Positions 11,685 to 24,373 of a stretch of DNA of 64,000 nucleotides are shown here, in pieces. Source of the stretch: Octopus sinensis (taxonomy: Eukaryota); NCBI RefSeq assembly GCF_006345805.1, contig NW_021833417.1, positions 62,001-126,000 of the forward strand, in the 5' to 3' direction. Below the pieces are notes generated by a model that was given only the letters and a program-made list of their open reading frames with translations, did not search any database and was not told the origin of the DNA. Position numbers and translations under genes: made by a program. Every line of letters begins with the position of its first letter. The first letter of the stretch is position 1.

Positions 11685-12291
11685 CTAATCCTTCCGATCT
11701 TTTGAACGAGCGATCATTTTGCGCATTTTCATTCTTCTGTTTTGGAACCAAATTTTGATTTGTTTTTCACTGAGTCTAAGCTGCTGTGAAATATTCCACC
11801 TCCGTTCTCTTGTTAGATATCGGTTTGTTTCAAATTCTAGTTCCAGTAATGATATTTGAGGCCTTGAATATGGTTTTCTTCTAGCATGTTCTTGTCTCAT
11901 GTTTTCTAAAATATGAATGTTTGTATAAACCATTAAAACTGGAAATTACTTTGGGAAGTTTCTCGTGTCTTGGAAACTCAGTTAGTTGATTCTGACAGTA
12001 GTCACTTGGTCCCTCACAATAAGCAAGTTCTGAAGGCTCGTTACATTGTGATGACATTTTATTCAGTTCAAAGTAAAGATTATCTTCATTGTAGGTTTGA
12101 ATCGACGAATAATTATTGTTCTCAATATTTTGATTAAAAATCAAATTGTTATTCCAACAGTCGTAGCAGTTATGGTTTTCAGTAGTGTACAAATCATTAT
12201 TTGAATGGAAGTATGTAAAATTTTCTGGGCACAACTCATTATTGTTGTTCAAATTGATGAAATATAAATAATCTGAAGGTTGGTTGTTCAT
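11685..12291 (-). CDS. Hox-class homeodomain protein, posterior (AbdB/Post)-like; 2 exons
   Basis: A 25-nt intron (GTTTATAC...TTTTAG) joins an Asn/Tyr-rich exon to [55 protein letters not shown]; no YPWM hexapeptide. Confidence 0.88.
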
Positions 12292-12979
12292 TAGTCAAAA
12301 TATCGGAAACGTTGCAAAACCAACCTATTTGACTATAAATAAAGATTTTCCATAGAATGGCAATAAAATACCTCTTGAAATCTGATAACAAAGTCACATG
12401 TTATTGCGTCTTTCTGAATCTTTTAAATATATATTTTCAAATGCACAGTTGTGTCTTTAGTAAAATACAAATATTAATAGACTAAAAACAATACAAGGAC
12501 AGGAATTATCTTCAACCAAACCTAAAAGATGTGATATTTATCACAATAAGGAAACGGAAGTGTAAGCAATTAATAATTACGCTTTGAACTTTACTGACCA
12601 AAACATTTAAAGTAATAGATTGTCATAGAAACCACATAATATTGTGATAGTGAGGCAATTATACTATCATGTGAGAAAATCTAATTCGGAAACAGATCAT
12701 CCAATTAAACATTTTATCAAATTATTCTCCTTTCTATGAAAGAAAAATCACATCCAACTTATTGTTACTTTTTCAGAAACAGAAATAATAAAGCAACGTC
12801 ATCCCAACTAATAAAAACTACCAAGAGAGATATTGAATTGTACAAAAATGCAACTCAATCAACAAGATGCTTGACTACGCTCATGTCAATATTCGATGGT
12901 AAACTGCCTAACCCGACTTTAAAAAACTAAAAGGGAGATTACTATTGAGAACAATAAACAATTAATTTACTAAATGAAA

Positions 12980-13786
12980 TCAAGAAGTAGTTTTACGCCT
13001 CTTTTTGGCCAGTCTAAAACAATCCCCAAAAGCCTTTACTTGTACATTTTCTTAACCTTCTCCTCGCCCAACGACAGCAAATATTTGACCTCCCTCGAAT
13101 TCTGGTCCATCTTCTTCAATTTCCTCTACAAATGACCCCCGTCAGTACATATTTCCCCTTTATCTGCTCGAGCACACTCGAAGGCACTTGTTTCTTCACA
13201 TCAGATATGGCCGCCTTCAACGCATCCTTCAACGGCTCGCACGGCACTGGATTGGCCGGTTCCATCGTCAAATTCACACGGTACAATTCACAGACACTGT
13301 CCGTGCTGATGTGTCCCCATTTGTGACATTTTATACACCGGACATTCCTCACTTCTATTCCGAATGGACGGTCCAACAATTCCGTGTTGTTTTTGGCGAA
13401 TCTAACAAGGTCGGGGAGATTATTACATTTCTCGGGGAGCGTTGTACTTCCTCTGCCATTCGAATTTTACTTCCACTGCGGGTTCCTTGGGATTAGTCAC
13501 GAATTACTGACTTCTTTCTCGACAAGACCTGAGGGAGGCTCGTACAGAAAACTGATTCCGTAAATTGCTTTCTTATCGCCTAACAGAGCTTTGTTTTCCA
13601 AGTAATCTTGTTCTCGCTTGTACTGTTCGATTAGATTCTCTTGCTTCTTTTTATCGAATGCAGCTTGTTGTTGCGCCATCCAGATCTGGGTTGTTTTAAT
13701 ATAATTTTTAATACTTTTTCAATGTTTTCTGGATTCTGAGGATGAAAGAACTTTTTACACATGTAGTTGTGATAACCTTTCCCCAT
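12980..13786 (-). CDS. CIR1: Corepressor interacting with RBPJ 1 (CIR1); 6 exons
   Basis: MGKGYHNYMCKKFFHP, WMAQQ, KFEWQR...APRE, PFGIEVRNVRCIKCHKWGH; introns of 29, 26, 25, 23 and 27 nt. Confidence 0.92.
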
Positions 13787-13899
13787 TTGTACAACACGAC
13801 AACAACGACCACAGGAATGATTTTATTAATAATTTATTAAAAAAATTAATATTATTAAAAATCATTAATATTAGTTAGTTATTAACAAAATATATTCCT

Positions 13900-14770
13900 T
13901 AAGTTGAAGACAGCAAGAAATTCTGAACATGTTGTAAAGTGCAATGTCTTCATCGGATCTAATACATAAGGAGTTAATCCTATTAGAGAAAGAGATAATT
14001 CATCTCCAGGTCACCGTCAAATAGAATTGTTGGTTCAAAGAGCATGAGAGGGGATCACCTAGAAAAGATTAATCACAGACTTATTTGGTTATCCAAATGA
14101 TCTGGTTAAGAAAATGTATTTCTATCAAACAGAAAAAGCAAATTGCTTTTAGTTACTCGTTTAAGTGTGATATATTTGTGCCATATACACTGAACAAAAA
14201 TAAAAACTGAGTATATGGAAAATATTAACAGAGGAATTTTTGTTCAATTATTCCTTATTTGTAAACATAAAAAGCTTCTGATATTTTCGATGCAGTTAAT
14301 CGTTTTTTTAAACAGAAGGTACACTTTACTTATGATAGATCTATTGTGGCAAAATCTTAGTGCACGCACCACAAATGGAGCATCAGCTATGTTGGTTGTA
14401 ACTAGTTTTTAGAGTACAATCTGTCAATCCAAATGAATGAAAGAAATTGAAAAATATATACCTTAAATTAATGAAGTAGATCTTGAGCTTTTTTCAATAC
14501 TTTTTCCGTAAAAGTTTATGACTTAGCTTCAAATATTCAAGAAGAATTTATTGAATTAATAAATTCTTGCGAGTCAAAAACCTTATTTGCACAATTAATT
14601 GAATTTTGGTGTAAAAAGATATCAAAACATTATATAATCAATTTTTGCTTTTGTGTCCGACTACTTCAGGCTGAATGTTGTTCATGATATTCGGGTGTGT
14701 CTTTCGTCAAAGGATCCAGAAATCGATAGATTAGTGGTTGATAAACAACGCATCGCATTGATTAAATATT
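13900..14770 (+). mobile_element. Degenerate hAT transposase remnant
   Basis: C-terminal RLNVVHDIRVCLSSKDPEIDRLV resembles the end of a hAT dimerisation domain; heavily disrupted; no TIRs found. Confidence 0.5.
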
Positions 14771-14980
14771 TTTTCCCCTAACTTGTTCTCTTTAAAGAGT
14801 GCTGACTAGTCAAAAAAATATATCAGCCAAAGTTGATTTTAATGTCATTATTTAGACTAAAGTGGTAATAGTGATCAATCAAAAGTGTTATAAAATGTAG
14901 AAATATGTTAATGTGTTAATTACTACATTGCCTTGAGATTCCTATTCAGATAATCCCTAATAGCAAATAAAGTAATCAAA

Positions 14981-16662
14981 TTACCAATTGACGACCATCA
15001 TCTTTTGGACAGTAGTCAATGCTTGCTGATAAACAGATTCGTCCGTACTCTTCAAAAACTCCAATATCAACGCCTTTCCCCCCAGTCTATCAACCGCCCT
15101 ACCCAAATGGAGAAAATAGAGACAACGATTTCCCCAACGGATAGACGGAGATGTAATTCCCAATGTCATGTATTGCCACTGCAGTCGTCAGGGAGTCCTC
15201 ATTCGCTCGGATCAAATCAATCAAATCCCCGCCTTCAAAACTCCCCAAAATAACACCTGAGAGTCCCATATTCATTCTCGTTGAATTTGGTCGCATTTTC
15301 CACCCAGAATTTATCACTGGTGTGCACAGGCGTCCACTCCAGTCGTCCTGATCGAATTTCCGTCAAGTATTCGTCGAATGAACTGGAGTGCCTGTGGAGT
15401 GCCAACCTTATTTGCTGAATGAACTCCTTCAATGTCCCAATGAGGAATTCGAGGTCCTGCATCAACTCCTCGTCGTCGAATGACTTTTCTTCCATCACCT
15501 CCAACGTCCTGATCACTCGCGGCTGGAATATCCCCAACAGAAGGTTCCTCCGTTGCCCCGACTCGACAGACTCCACGGCAATCATATTCTGTCATAGCAA
15601 AGCACAACAACTCTGAACAACGAGAGAATCACCCGCACTACTTTTTCCTTCACAGCCAATGCCAGAATTCCCCCAATCGCCGACACAAGTCCATTCTTAC
15701 TGCAAATGAGGCACACCAACCAAACTTGAAGGCAATTTCCAACGCGATTTCCCTCGTGAATGACAGCAACCACAGACAGTGGATCAGTTGGTACTGAACT
15801 TGGAAACTGCACTTACACGCCAGCATTTGTCGGACTCTGCCAAATACGCACAGCAATAAACGTGGTAATAAAATTGACTTGGACCACCACATTCCGGAAT
15901 TCCTCCACTTTTAAAAGATTTTGGAAGCATTCGATGAGAGGGGAAAGAAAGTGGACCTGAAATCGACTCAAATCATAAATTACGGAATTTCTGAGCCGAT
16001 TGTTGAGAGATTGGAAGAAAATGTTGATATCCGGGCATTCACGCAGGTTCGGTCGTAAATTATTATTTTCTGGAGGATTTTCGCACTCTGTGATTAAAAC
16101 GTGAATTTGGTTGGAATTGTGGGTTATTTGGCAATACTTGGATGTATATGAACTGGTCGTCCCTGTTCAGAAGGTCTGAAAAGAAATTCAGGATGGTTTC
16201 TGGGTTCACTCGGCAAAAGGCCGTGAAAAAGTCGCATCGTTTTGGATTTTCCTTTGATTAGTCCACTTTGGCGAACAACCTCGATTAAGTCGTCGAGAAA
16301 TGTCAAAATGTACTTTAAAGTCTCCTGGATTCCAATTTTGTGTAGAATGGTGAGGAATGTCACCGCAAACTTGCCAAATTGGACACAAAATGAACCTGGT
16401 TTGCATTTTGAGTCAGGAAGCACTCCCTTTCGTTCGGATCTGTCAGTTCTTCGAGTTCGACAATGAAGCAGTAGTCCCTTTGGTCAATAGAATTGATTCT
16501 ATATAGTTAGATCCCGGAGATTGCACTCGTAGTAAGACTTCCAGTCTATTTTCAAGGATCTTATTCTGTCTACATTATCCTGGTATAACATTATATCGGC
16601 CATGTCTGCGTATTACAAATATTCTTACTTTCGAATGTTTCATATCGATTATTTGTAGTCAT
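14981..16662 (-). CDS. ATP6V1H: V-type proton ATPase subunit H; about 13 exons
   Basis: IDWKSYY, FQVQYQLIHCLWLLSF, KEKVVR, SSFDEY.TEIRSGRLEWTPVHTSDKFWVENA, AVAIHDIGNY, VQKMMVVNW*; introns 23-28 nt plus one of 50 nt. Confidence 0.95.
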
Positions 16663-18372
16663 TGTGGTACAACAAGAAAAGCCACAAAATTTTGTTAATT
16701 TATTTAATTTTAAAACTACTGATAATGTGAAATAGCAAATTTATATAATAATAAATGTATGAAATATGATATTAAATGTACTTAATTATGAAACAATGTC
16801 TATTAAGCATTCGAAACAATTAATGAACTAACAATCCTACCTTCAATGTCAGAGTCTGAAAAGTGGCTAAGAGGCACCTTCTATGTACTGATCTCGAAAA
16901 ATACCAGGGCTCTATATGCTGTCTACAGGAGGACTAAAGTAAAACCGGACTGACGAATACACGGAATTATCGCCTAATACTGCTTCCCTCAGAATCTATA
17001 CATTATGGACAAGGATTCGCAATACACAAGAACCACACCTCCAGACTATATCGATATTGGAAAGTCAGCGATAGGATCAGCGTCTTACAACTACGTACAA
17101 TCTCAAGCAGCAAGTCGAGGAGACTCACGTCAATTGTCAATGTCTACGCGCCACACAGTGGACGTATTCAAAAAAAATCCAGAAGAACTTGATATCTTCT
17201 ATGAGGATTAGGAAGGACATTAACAGACCTCGGTTCTTCGTACTTTCTGTTTGTTGCCGGGGACTGGAATGCGAAAGTTGGAACCCGTAAGGGAAACGAA
17301 AGTTTTATTGGCCATCACGGAAGAGGAATCAGAAACTATCCAGGAACTGTTCTAGCTGAATTCTGTCGGGTCTTTGACCTATTCCTATGCAACACGGTTT
17401 CCAGCATCCCGCGCGTCACAAAACGACGTGGACTGGCCAACGACCCTCACCGACCGCAGGGTCCGTCAACATTTTCAACCAAATTGACTACATCGTCTGT
17501 CGAGCCGGGGAAAAATCGCTTCTCCGAGACTCAAGGTCTTATGGAGGTGCAGCTACTTACAGTGATCATAAAATTGTCTCTGCCAAGTTGCTATGAAGAC
17601 ATCAATTGACCTACGACGAAGAGGGCCCAACGCTGATGTAAGGATAAGGCATAAAATCGACAACTGTGCTCATCTACGCTGGTCAGAGACAACTACCAAC
17701 TGTCAATCATGAAATCTCTTGGAAACATAAATGCCGAACTTTCTCCAGGAGGTGCCTGGGCGGAGACAATGAAAGGGATCCTCTGGCAGCCGACGAGGCA
17801 ATTGGCTCCGGTCGCAAGTACAATGGAAGATTCATCACAAATCCCAAAGAGCAGGCTGAATATATAGCCTCGTATTTCGAGAGTATATTAACCGCTCACG
17901 GAGAAATATCCGATTACACCAGCGGATACACCACTCATCTCAGCCTACCTATCACCACCGGTGAAGTATCAACTGCAATAGCCAAACTTAAAAATGGCGC
18001 TCCTCTGGACCGGATGGAATAATTCAGAACTGTTTAAATACGGACCGCCTGCACTAACAGACAAACTGGCGGAGCTACTCCATGGTATGTTTATGAAAAG
18101 GAATTCCCGGTCTTGATTCCGGATTATTAATACCGATCCAAAAGCCTAACAAGCAGGCTGGGCCTGTCGAAAATCTACGCCCTATAATCTTGCTAAACAC
18201 CTTACGGAAAACTTTGGGATTAGTTACACTGAAACCGATAAGGAACAGTGGACAACTATCTATCCCCGAGTCAGAGTGGATTTAGGACAGGAAGACCACC
18301 GCCGATGCTGTTTGGGCCACAATGGTACTGCGCTACACAGAGATACAAAGTGCAACAACAGTAATGGGAATA

Positions 18373-19930
18373 CAGTACCGGTCATATGTTTTTAGACATT
18401 CTGAAAAAATCCCAGTGTTTGATTTTTCTAAAGAAAAATCCAATAAAATAAAATTTTTTAGTAAGTATTATCTATATTATTATATATTTATCATTTTCAT
18501 ATCTTATCTTCGCTTTATCTTCGACTTCTTCATATGTTTAAGGATTTTGTCGAAATTGGCCCAGTCATATGTTTTTAGACATTTTATTTAAATTCATTAT
18601 ATTTCAATAAAATTTATACTTTTTTTCTATTTTTCGTATCGGAAACGTGTTTTAAATTAATTTGAAAGCAGTATGCCACGACTTTCTGTTGAACAGCGTC
18701 ATAGAATTGTTTTTATGCGAGAAAATGGTCATACCGTACAGGAAATATCGATTTTACTTGGAATATCCAGATGCGCCGTAAATCACACTTACCAACGGTA
18801 TTTGGATGGAAATGGGTTTTACGACAGACCAAAATCTGGAAGAAATTGTATTCTTTCGGCACGTGCTCAAAGGAATCTTGTACGTGAGTCTCGACGTTTT
18901 CCCAAAAAAACAGCGAATGAAATCAGAAAAGACCTAAATATTACGGAAACCGTCAGTGTCGAAACTGTACGAAGAATCTTACGCAAAAATGAACTTTTCG
19001 TAAGAATAGCAGCCAAAAAACCTAGACTTTCAACTAATAATATCAAGAAGAGAAAAATATTCTGCACTAGAAACATTTCATTCGATTGGAATAAGGTCAT
19101 TTTTACTGACGAGTGCCGCATCGAATTAATTTCGAAAGCACGAGAATTCGTAAGGAGACCTCCTGGAAATAGATTCAATTCGAACTACACAACGAAAACT
19201 CAGAAATTCGCACCTTCAATCATGGTTTGGGGCGGTATCAGACACGATGGAAAAAGTGCCTTGATATTGTGCGAAGGAAATGTAGATTCCGTAGAATATC
19301 AACGAATCTTGGAACAAGGGCTTTCTGAGATATATGATAACTTTATTTTCCAACAAGATGGTGCATCATGTCATACTTCACGGTCTACAAAAAATTATTT
19401 GCTTGAAAAAGGAGTGAATATTTTAAACAATTGGCCTGCACAATCGCCAGATCTTAACATAATAGAAAATTGCTGGCATTATTTAAAGAGCAAAATCAGA
19501 AATAGAAACCCTCAGAACGTTAAGCAACTATGGGAGATGGCAAAAGATGAATGGAACAAGATGGGAGATGATTATATTCAAAACTTGTATTTGTCGATCC
19601 CAAATAGAATACATGATGTAATATCGAAAAAAGGAGATGTAACTAAATACTAACTTGTGTTTTAATTAATAAAAACTCGTTTTAACTTTTAAAATTCCAG
19701 ATTATGGATGTGCATCGTAAATGTCTAAAACATATGACTGGGCCAGTTTCGACAAAATCTATAAAAAGATCAAGATGTCGAAAATACATTGACGATGAGA
19801 TTGGGAAAAAATAAATAACTAAAAAAAATGGATAATGCTTAATGAAAAGCATTTTTTTAATAAGATTTTTCTTTAGAAAAATCAAACACTGGGATTTTTT
19901 CAGAATGTCTAAAACATATGACCGGTACTG
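18373..19930 (+). mobile_element. Intact Tc1-like transposon with IR/DR ends, inserted in the RTE
   Basis: TA TSD (18371-18372, 19931-19932); about 66-bp near-perfect outer TIR CAGTACCGGTCATATGTTTT(T)AGACATTCTG...; inner repeat CCCAGTCATATGTTTT(T)AGACATTT near 18560 and inverted near 19730. Confidence 0.97.
18673..19653 (+). CDS. Tc1-family transposase, 326 aa, DD35E spacing
   Basis: Full ORF with paired-like HTH and GRN; FTDE; QQD followed by 35 residues then E (SPDLNIIENCW). Confidence 0.95.
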   Translation: MPRLSVEQRHRIVFMRENGHTVQEISILLGISRCAVNHTYQRYLDGNGFYDRPKSGRNCILSARAQRNLVRESRRFPKKTANEIRKDLNITETVSVETVRRILRKNELFVRIAAKKPRLSTNNIKKRKIFCTRNISFDWNKVIFTDECRIELISKAREFVRRPPGNRFNSNYTTKTQKFAPSIMVWGGIRHDGKSALILCEGNVDSVEYQRILEQGLSEIYDNFIFQQDGASCHTSRSTKNYLLEKGVNILNNWPAQSPDLNIIENCWHYLKSKIRNRNPQNVKQLWEMAKDEWNKMGDDYIQNLYLSIPNRIHDVISKKGDVTKY

Positions 19931-21067
19931 TAGACCTTGTCTAGGGCCTTGACACGGTACGCCGTTGGTCTACTCCTCAAATTACTGGAACCAATTCATG
20001 GACCTGACTCTGTCAATTATGATAAGAGTACTACGATCGCAACACACAGCTCAAGGTGCGGTCGGACGGCGTTTTCCGTGAATTCACGTGCAACGTCGGA
20101 CCCTCAGGGAGACGCCTCTCGCGTTGCTATTCGTGATCTATCTGGAGACGGCACTACGAGACCTTCGAAAATTCTATGCTGGCAATATCGTCGAAATTGT
20201 ATATGCAGATGACGTCGACTTCGTGTCAGACGACAAATCGGCCTTACTTCGACTCCTTGAAGTGGCACCTGCTGAGCTGAACAGATGGTTCCTTAAAATG
20301 AACGTTGGAAAAACCGACCATCGTTGAAATCATGAGGATGGAGAGCAGCTCAAGTGAAGCCTGGCGCAAAAACGAACAAACTTGGTTCTCTACTTGGGGA
20401 CGGCCATGATATTGTCAGAAGGAAGGCTCTCGCTTGGGCCACGATGAACAAGATAAAGAAAAGAGTGGATCGGCAAACGACGACTCTGTACGTCACTTCG
20501 TCTGAGGATGTATGAAGCCTTTGTCAAACCAATCCTGACATATATTCGGCGACCTGGGGAATGTCTAGTACTGAACAACGTGGACTCGATTCTTTTCACC
20601 GCAGGCAACTTAGATCCCTACTGGGATTGAACTGGCCTATAAGAATCAACCAGGAATCGCTATACAATAGATGCAGAACTGGCCCTCTGAGTGTGGAAAT
20701 CGTCAATATGCGGTGGAGGTTATTTGGCCATATTCTACGAATGGACATGCTTGCCCAGCTAACATAGCAATGGAGGGCTACTTCCTGAAAGAGGGATCGA
20801 GCTTCCGTGGACGTCCACGTGTTACGCTGCCGGAAACACTTGACGGAGACCTGAAATGTGTGAAGAAAAGGCTAAGGAGTGGTGAGGATCTGGACGAGCT
20901 GAGGAAACTCGCTCACGACAGAGGAGGTTGGAGGAGGCTGGTTCAAAGGATTGCTTTTAATGCTGCACGAGTAAAATTATAACTAATATGATTCTACGTA
21001 TGTTGCAAATAATAATAATACACTTTGACCGAGAGACATTTAGCAGTCTAGGAATTATATGTGACTA

Positions 21068-24000
21068 CAGTCCGACCCCAAAATGGGGCAGCCCAGGGTG
21101 GGGCACCCTCGGATTTTGGGGCACCCGCAATTGGGGCACTTTATTCCAAAAGTACATTTTGGCAGAAAAAAAATAAAAATCGATAAAAAATTATGGAATT
21201 TTTGGGGCACCATAAAATCATTTATAAGGAATTAAAAAAAATAAAATTATAATAAATTAATTATTTTTTGTTTTATTTTCAATTTATATTTGTATTGTTG
21301 TGGTTAGGATTACGAAACTAAATGAAGATTGCTAAAGAAATTTTGAAGAAAAAATTTATCTGAGAGGCAACTAATGAAAAAGTACAACACAAGTAAAGGA
21401 ACAATATCAAGAATAAACGAAATATTGTACCTTTCTTGCAACACGGCAATACTATTTCTGAGGAATATGACAAATTTAAAGCCGATAAAGATAAATTTGA
21501 TGATCAAGTCTTTGAAATATTTCAAGACTACGCGTAGATAAATTCGATTTCAGGCCCTATTTTGAAAAAAATTGCCTTAGTTACAGCTTCAAAAATTGGA
21601 TTATTACTTTTTAAGCCTTCCAATGGGTGGCTTGATAGATTTAAATTGCGGATGAACTTCAATTCAAGTCAATATGTGGTGAAAAAGCTTCATGTGATTT
21701 ATCTTATTGAAAAAATTATTTTGAAAATATGACCAGAAAGTATTAAAATATGGACCTGAGAATATATTTAATTGTGATGAAACTGCGCTTTTTATAAAAA
21801 GAACTCCTCAAAAATCATTTGTTGAACAAGGCGAACCGTGTTTTGGTTATAAACAAGGGAAAGAAAGACTCACTGTTCTTCTATGCTGCAGTTTAATCGG
21901 GGAAAACTTAATCCATTGATTATTGGAAAATATAAAAAACCTCGGTGTCTAAAAAAATTTGATGTTCAAGATTTTGGGTTATTGTAATCATCTTCTCAAA
22001 ATGCATGGATGACTGGAAAGACTTTTATGAGTTGGCTTACACTTATAAATGAATCGTTTTGCAAAAACAACAGAAAAATATTATTAATACTTGACAATGC
22101 GGGATGCCATAAAACTGCCGAATGTTCGAACATCGAATTTTTATTTTTGCCGAAAAATACAACGCCCTATTTACAACCTTTGGATATGGGCATAATCAAG
22201 ATTTTAAAGATTATTATTCCTCTTTCTTAATGGAATTTTTATGTTTTCAAGATTTCGAAAACGATTTTACACATTCTATTGGTAAATTAAATTTGCGTCA
22301 GGTTATGATGCTAATTTCAAAAGGATGGGGAAAAATAGATGCTAAAAGTATTGTTAATTTTGGAAGAAAATCGACAGGAACCGTGATTCTTATGCAACAA
22401 AAACTGTCTAACAGATGAACATTTACACCCCTCGACATTAAAATCCGGACAGTTAATAAATCGTCTTTTATTAGCAATTTATTAAATTAAAAACTTAAGC
22501 ATGCTAATATCATCTATATTTTTAATTTTATAATATTTATTTATAAATCTTTTTAAATATTGAGAATAAAGCAAAAACCGATTTTTTTAAGACAAAAATT
22601 CCGGACAAATTTCAAAATAAAATATCAATAAGGAATATGCTTTCCTCTTGATTTATTAACTCAAACTCCGAGTTTTCATCGAATTTATTAATTTTCGAAT
22701 AAAATCAATTGGACTTTATTCCAAATTTTCTAATTTTCTCCTTTTGTTGATGTTTATTTTTTGGTCGATTTTCTGTATCATCCCTCGATAATTCATATTT
22801 AATTTTGACCAAATATGTTCAATGGGATTCATATCGGGGGATTGAGCCGGCCAATCGAGTAAATTAATTTTGTTTGCAGAAAAATACTCCTTTGTTGCTT
22901 TCGAAGAGTATGACATGGGGCATTATCTTGTGAATATGAAGCTGTTTAATCCCATTTTAATGGCTGATTTTTCCAGATTGTTAGCAAGATGTTTATATAT
23001 TGTCCTGAGTTTATTTTTCATCAATGAAACATAACGAACCCATTCCAAAATATGAAAGCATCCCCAGACCATAATTTTGCCACCACCACACTTAACAGTT
23101 GGCTGATAATTTGAATTTTTGAATTCATTTCCCCTTTTTCGGTATATAATTTTTCTTTTACGTGCATAATAAACTTCAAAAGTACACTCGTCTAAAAAAA
23201 GACTGATCTCCATCCTTCATCACACATACCAACGAATATTTTCGATATTTCATATCTTTTGAGTATGTTTTTTTTACTCAACAATGGTTTTTTCTTTGCT
23301 ACTCTTCAAATAAACCGTTCTTATTCAAATTGCGGTAATTGTTCGCGGGGAGGAAATTACTTTGAGTGATGGTTTTCATTTCTAGAGCGAGGTCTTTAGC
23401 AGATTTTCACTATTGGCTTCAGAAAGTTCCACTAATATTTTGATTTCGTTTGTATTGAGTAATGTTGGTCTTCCAGACCCACGTTTTCTATAATGGTTCC
23501 TGAGTTTATGTATTTTCGAATAACATCGAAAACGGTCGATTTTCGGAACTCCGAGGATATCAGAAATTCTCCTATAAGAAAAATTTTGCTGGTAATAAGA
23601 AATAATTTGTCCTTTACAAAAAGAATCCATTAATTTGTTCTAAAATATTTAAAAAATTAGCTCTTTTAACTATAATAGCAAAAGTGTCCGGAATTTACGC
23701 CACTGAAAACACGTTTTATGCTTTTAAATATCGTTTTATAAAACTTTTGTAAATATATTTTTTTAATATAAAATATAGAAAAAAATATTATGCTCAAAGG
23801 TTTTTTTTTCTAAATTTGATAATAAAATGACGATTATTAACTGTCGGATTTTAAGTCGAGGGGTGTAGATCAAGTTGTTAACGAAACAATGATGGGAATG
23901 CGAAGACATGAACAATAATTTTTATGATACATATTCAGAAACCGAAAAATGTGAAAATGTCGTAGCAAAAACAAAAGATCTGCTTAACAATTTAGAAGAA

Positions 24001-24231
24001 AAATTTCTAATGTTGCACCAAGTATGCTCCGAGAATTTTTTTGATTTTCGGCTGAAATTGACGAACAATATCAGACAAACTCTACAAATAAAAAGAAAAT
24101 AACTGAATATTTTAGTAAAAATGTTTTTTGATGTTTATTAATGGTTTAATTTTTAAAAAAAATAAAAAACCCTGTTTTTGGGGCACCCCCGCATTTTGGG
24201 GCACTTGGTGCCCCATTTGGGGGTCGGACTG
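21068..24231 (+). mobile_element. pogo/Tigger-like transposon (DD29D), degenerate, with a nested Tc1
   Basis: TA TSD; TIR CAGTCCGACCCC(A/C)AAATGGGGCA; NCDETALF, KERLTVLLC, LDNAGCH...LQPLD; subterminal GGGGCAC arrays. Confidence 0.9.
22426..23865 (-). mobile_element. Tc1-like transposon, frameshifted, nested in the pogo
   Basis: TA TSD (22424-22425, 23866-23867); TIR CACCCCTCGAC(A)TTAAAATCCG(G)ACAGTTAATAA; GGGKIMVWGCF and WPAQSPDMNPIEHIW on the - strand; same family as 2705-4167. Confidence 0.92.
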
Positions 24232-24373
24232 TATACTGATTTAAGAAAGTTTAAACATATGGACTAATCGGAGACCAGAATATTGAAGTTGGATTAAGTG
24301 AATGAGTGTTGTTATATGAACAGCCTTCTCCACATACTAAAAATAACAGCTGACATTTTCAGTTATCTTAGAC

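Larger units (their letters stand above)
16790..21020 (+). mobile_element. RTE-clade LINE (APE endonuclease + RT), frameshifted and interrupted by a Tc1
   Basis: VAGDWNAKVG, NQIDYI, YSDHKIV (EN); LRPIILLNTLRK, GIDLSRA.DT, QGD, YADD (RT); (AAT)n tail at about 21008-21020. Confidence 0.9.

Noticed and set aside
12736-12930. 64-aa ORF between the Hox gene and CIR1
   Set aside because: No recognisable domain or splice support; may be LINE debris.
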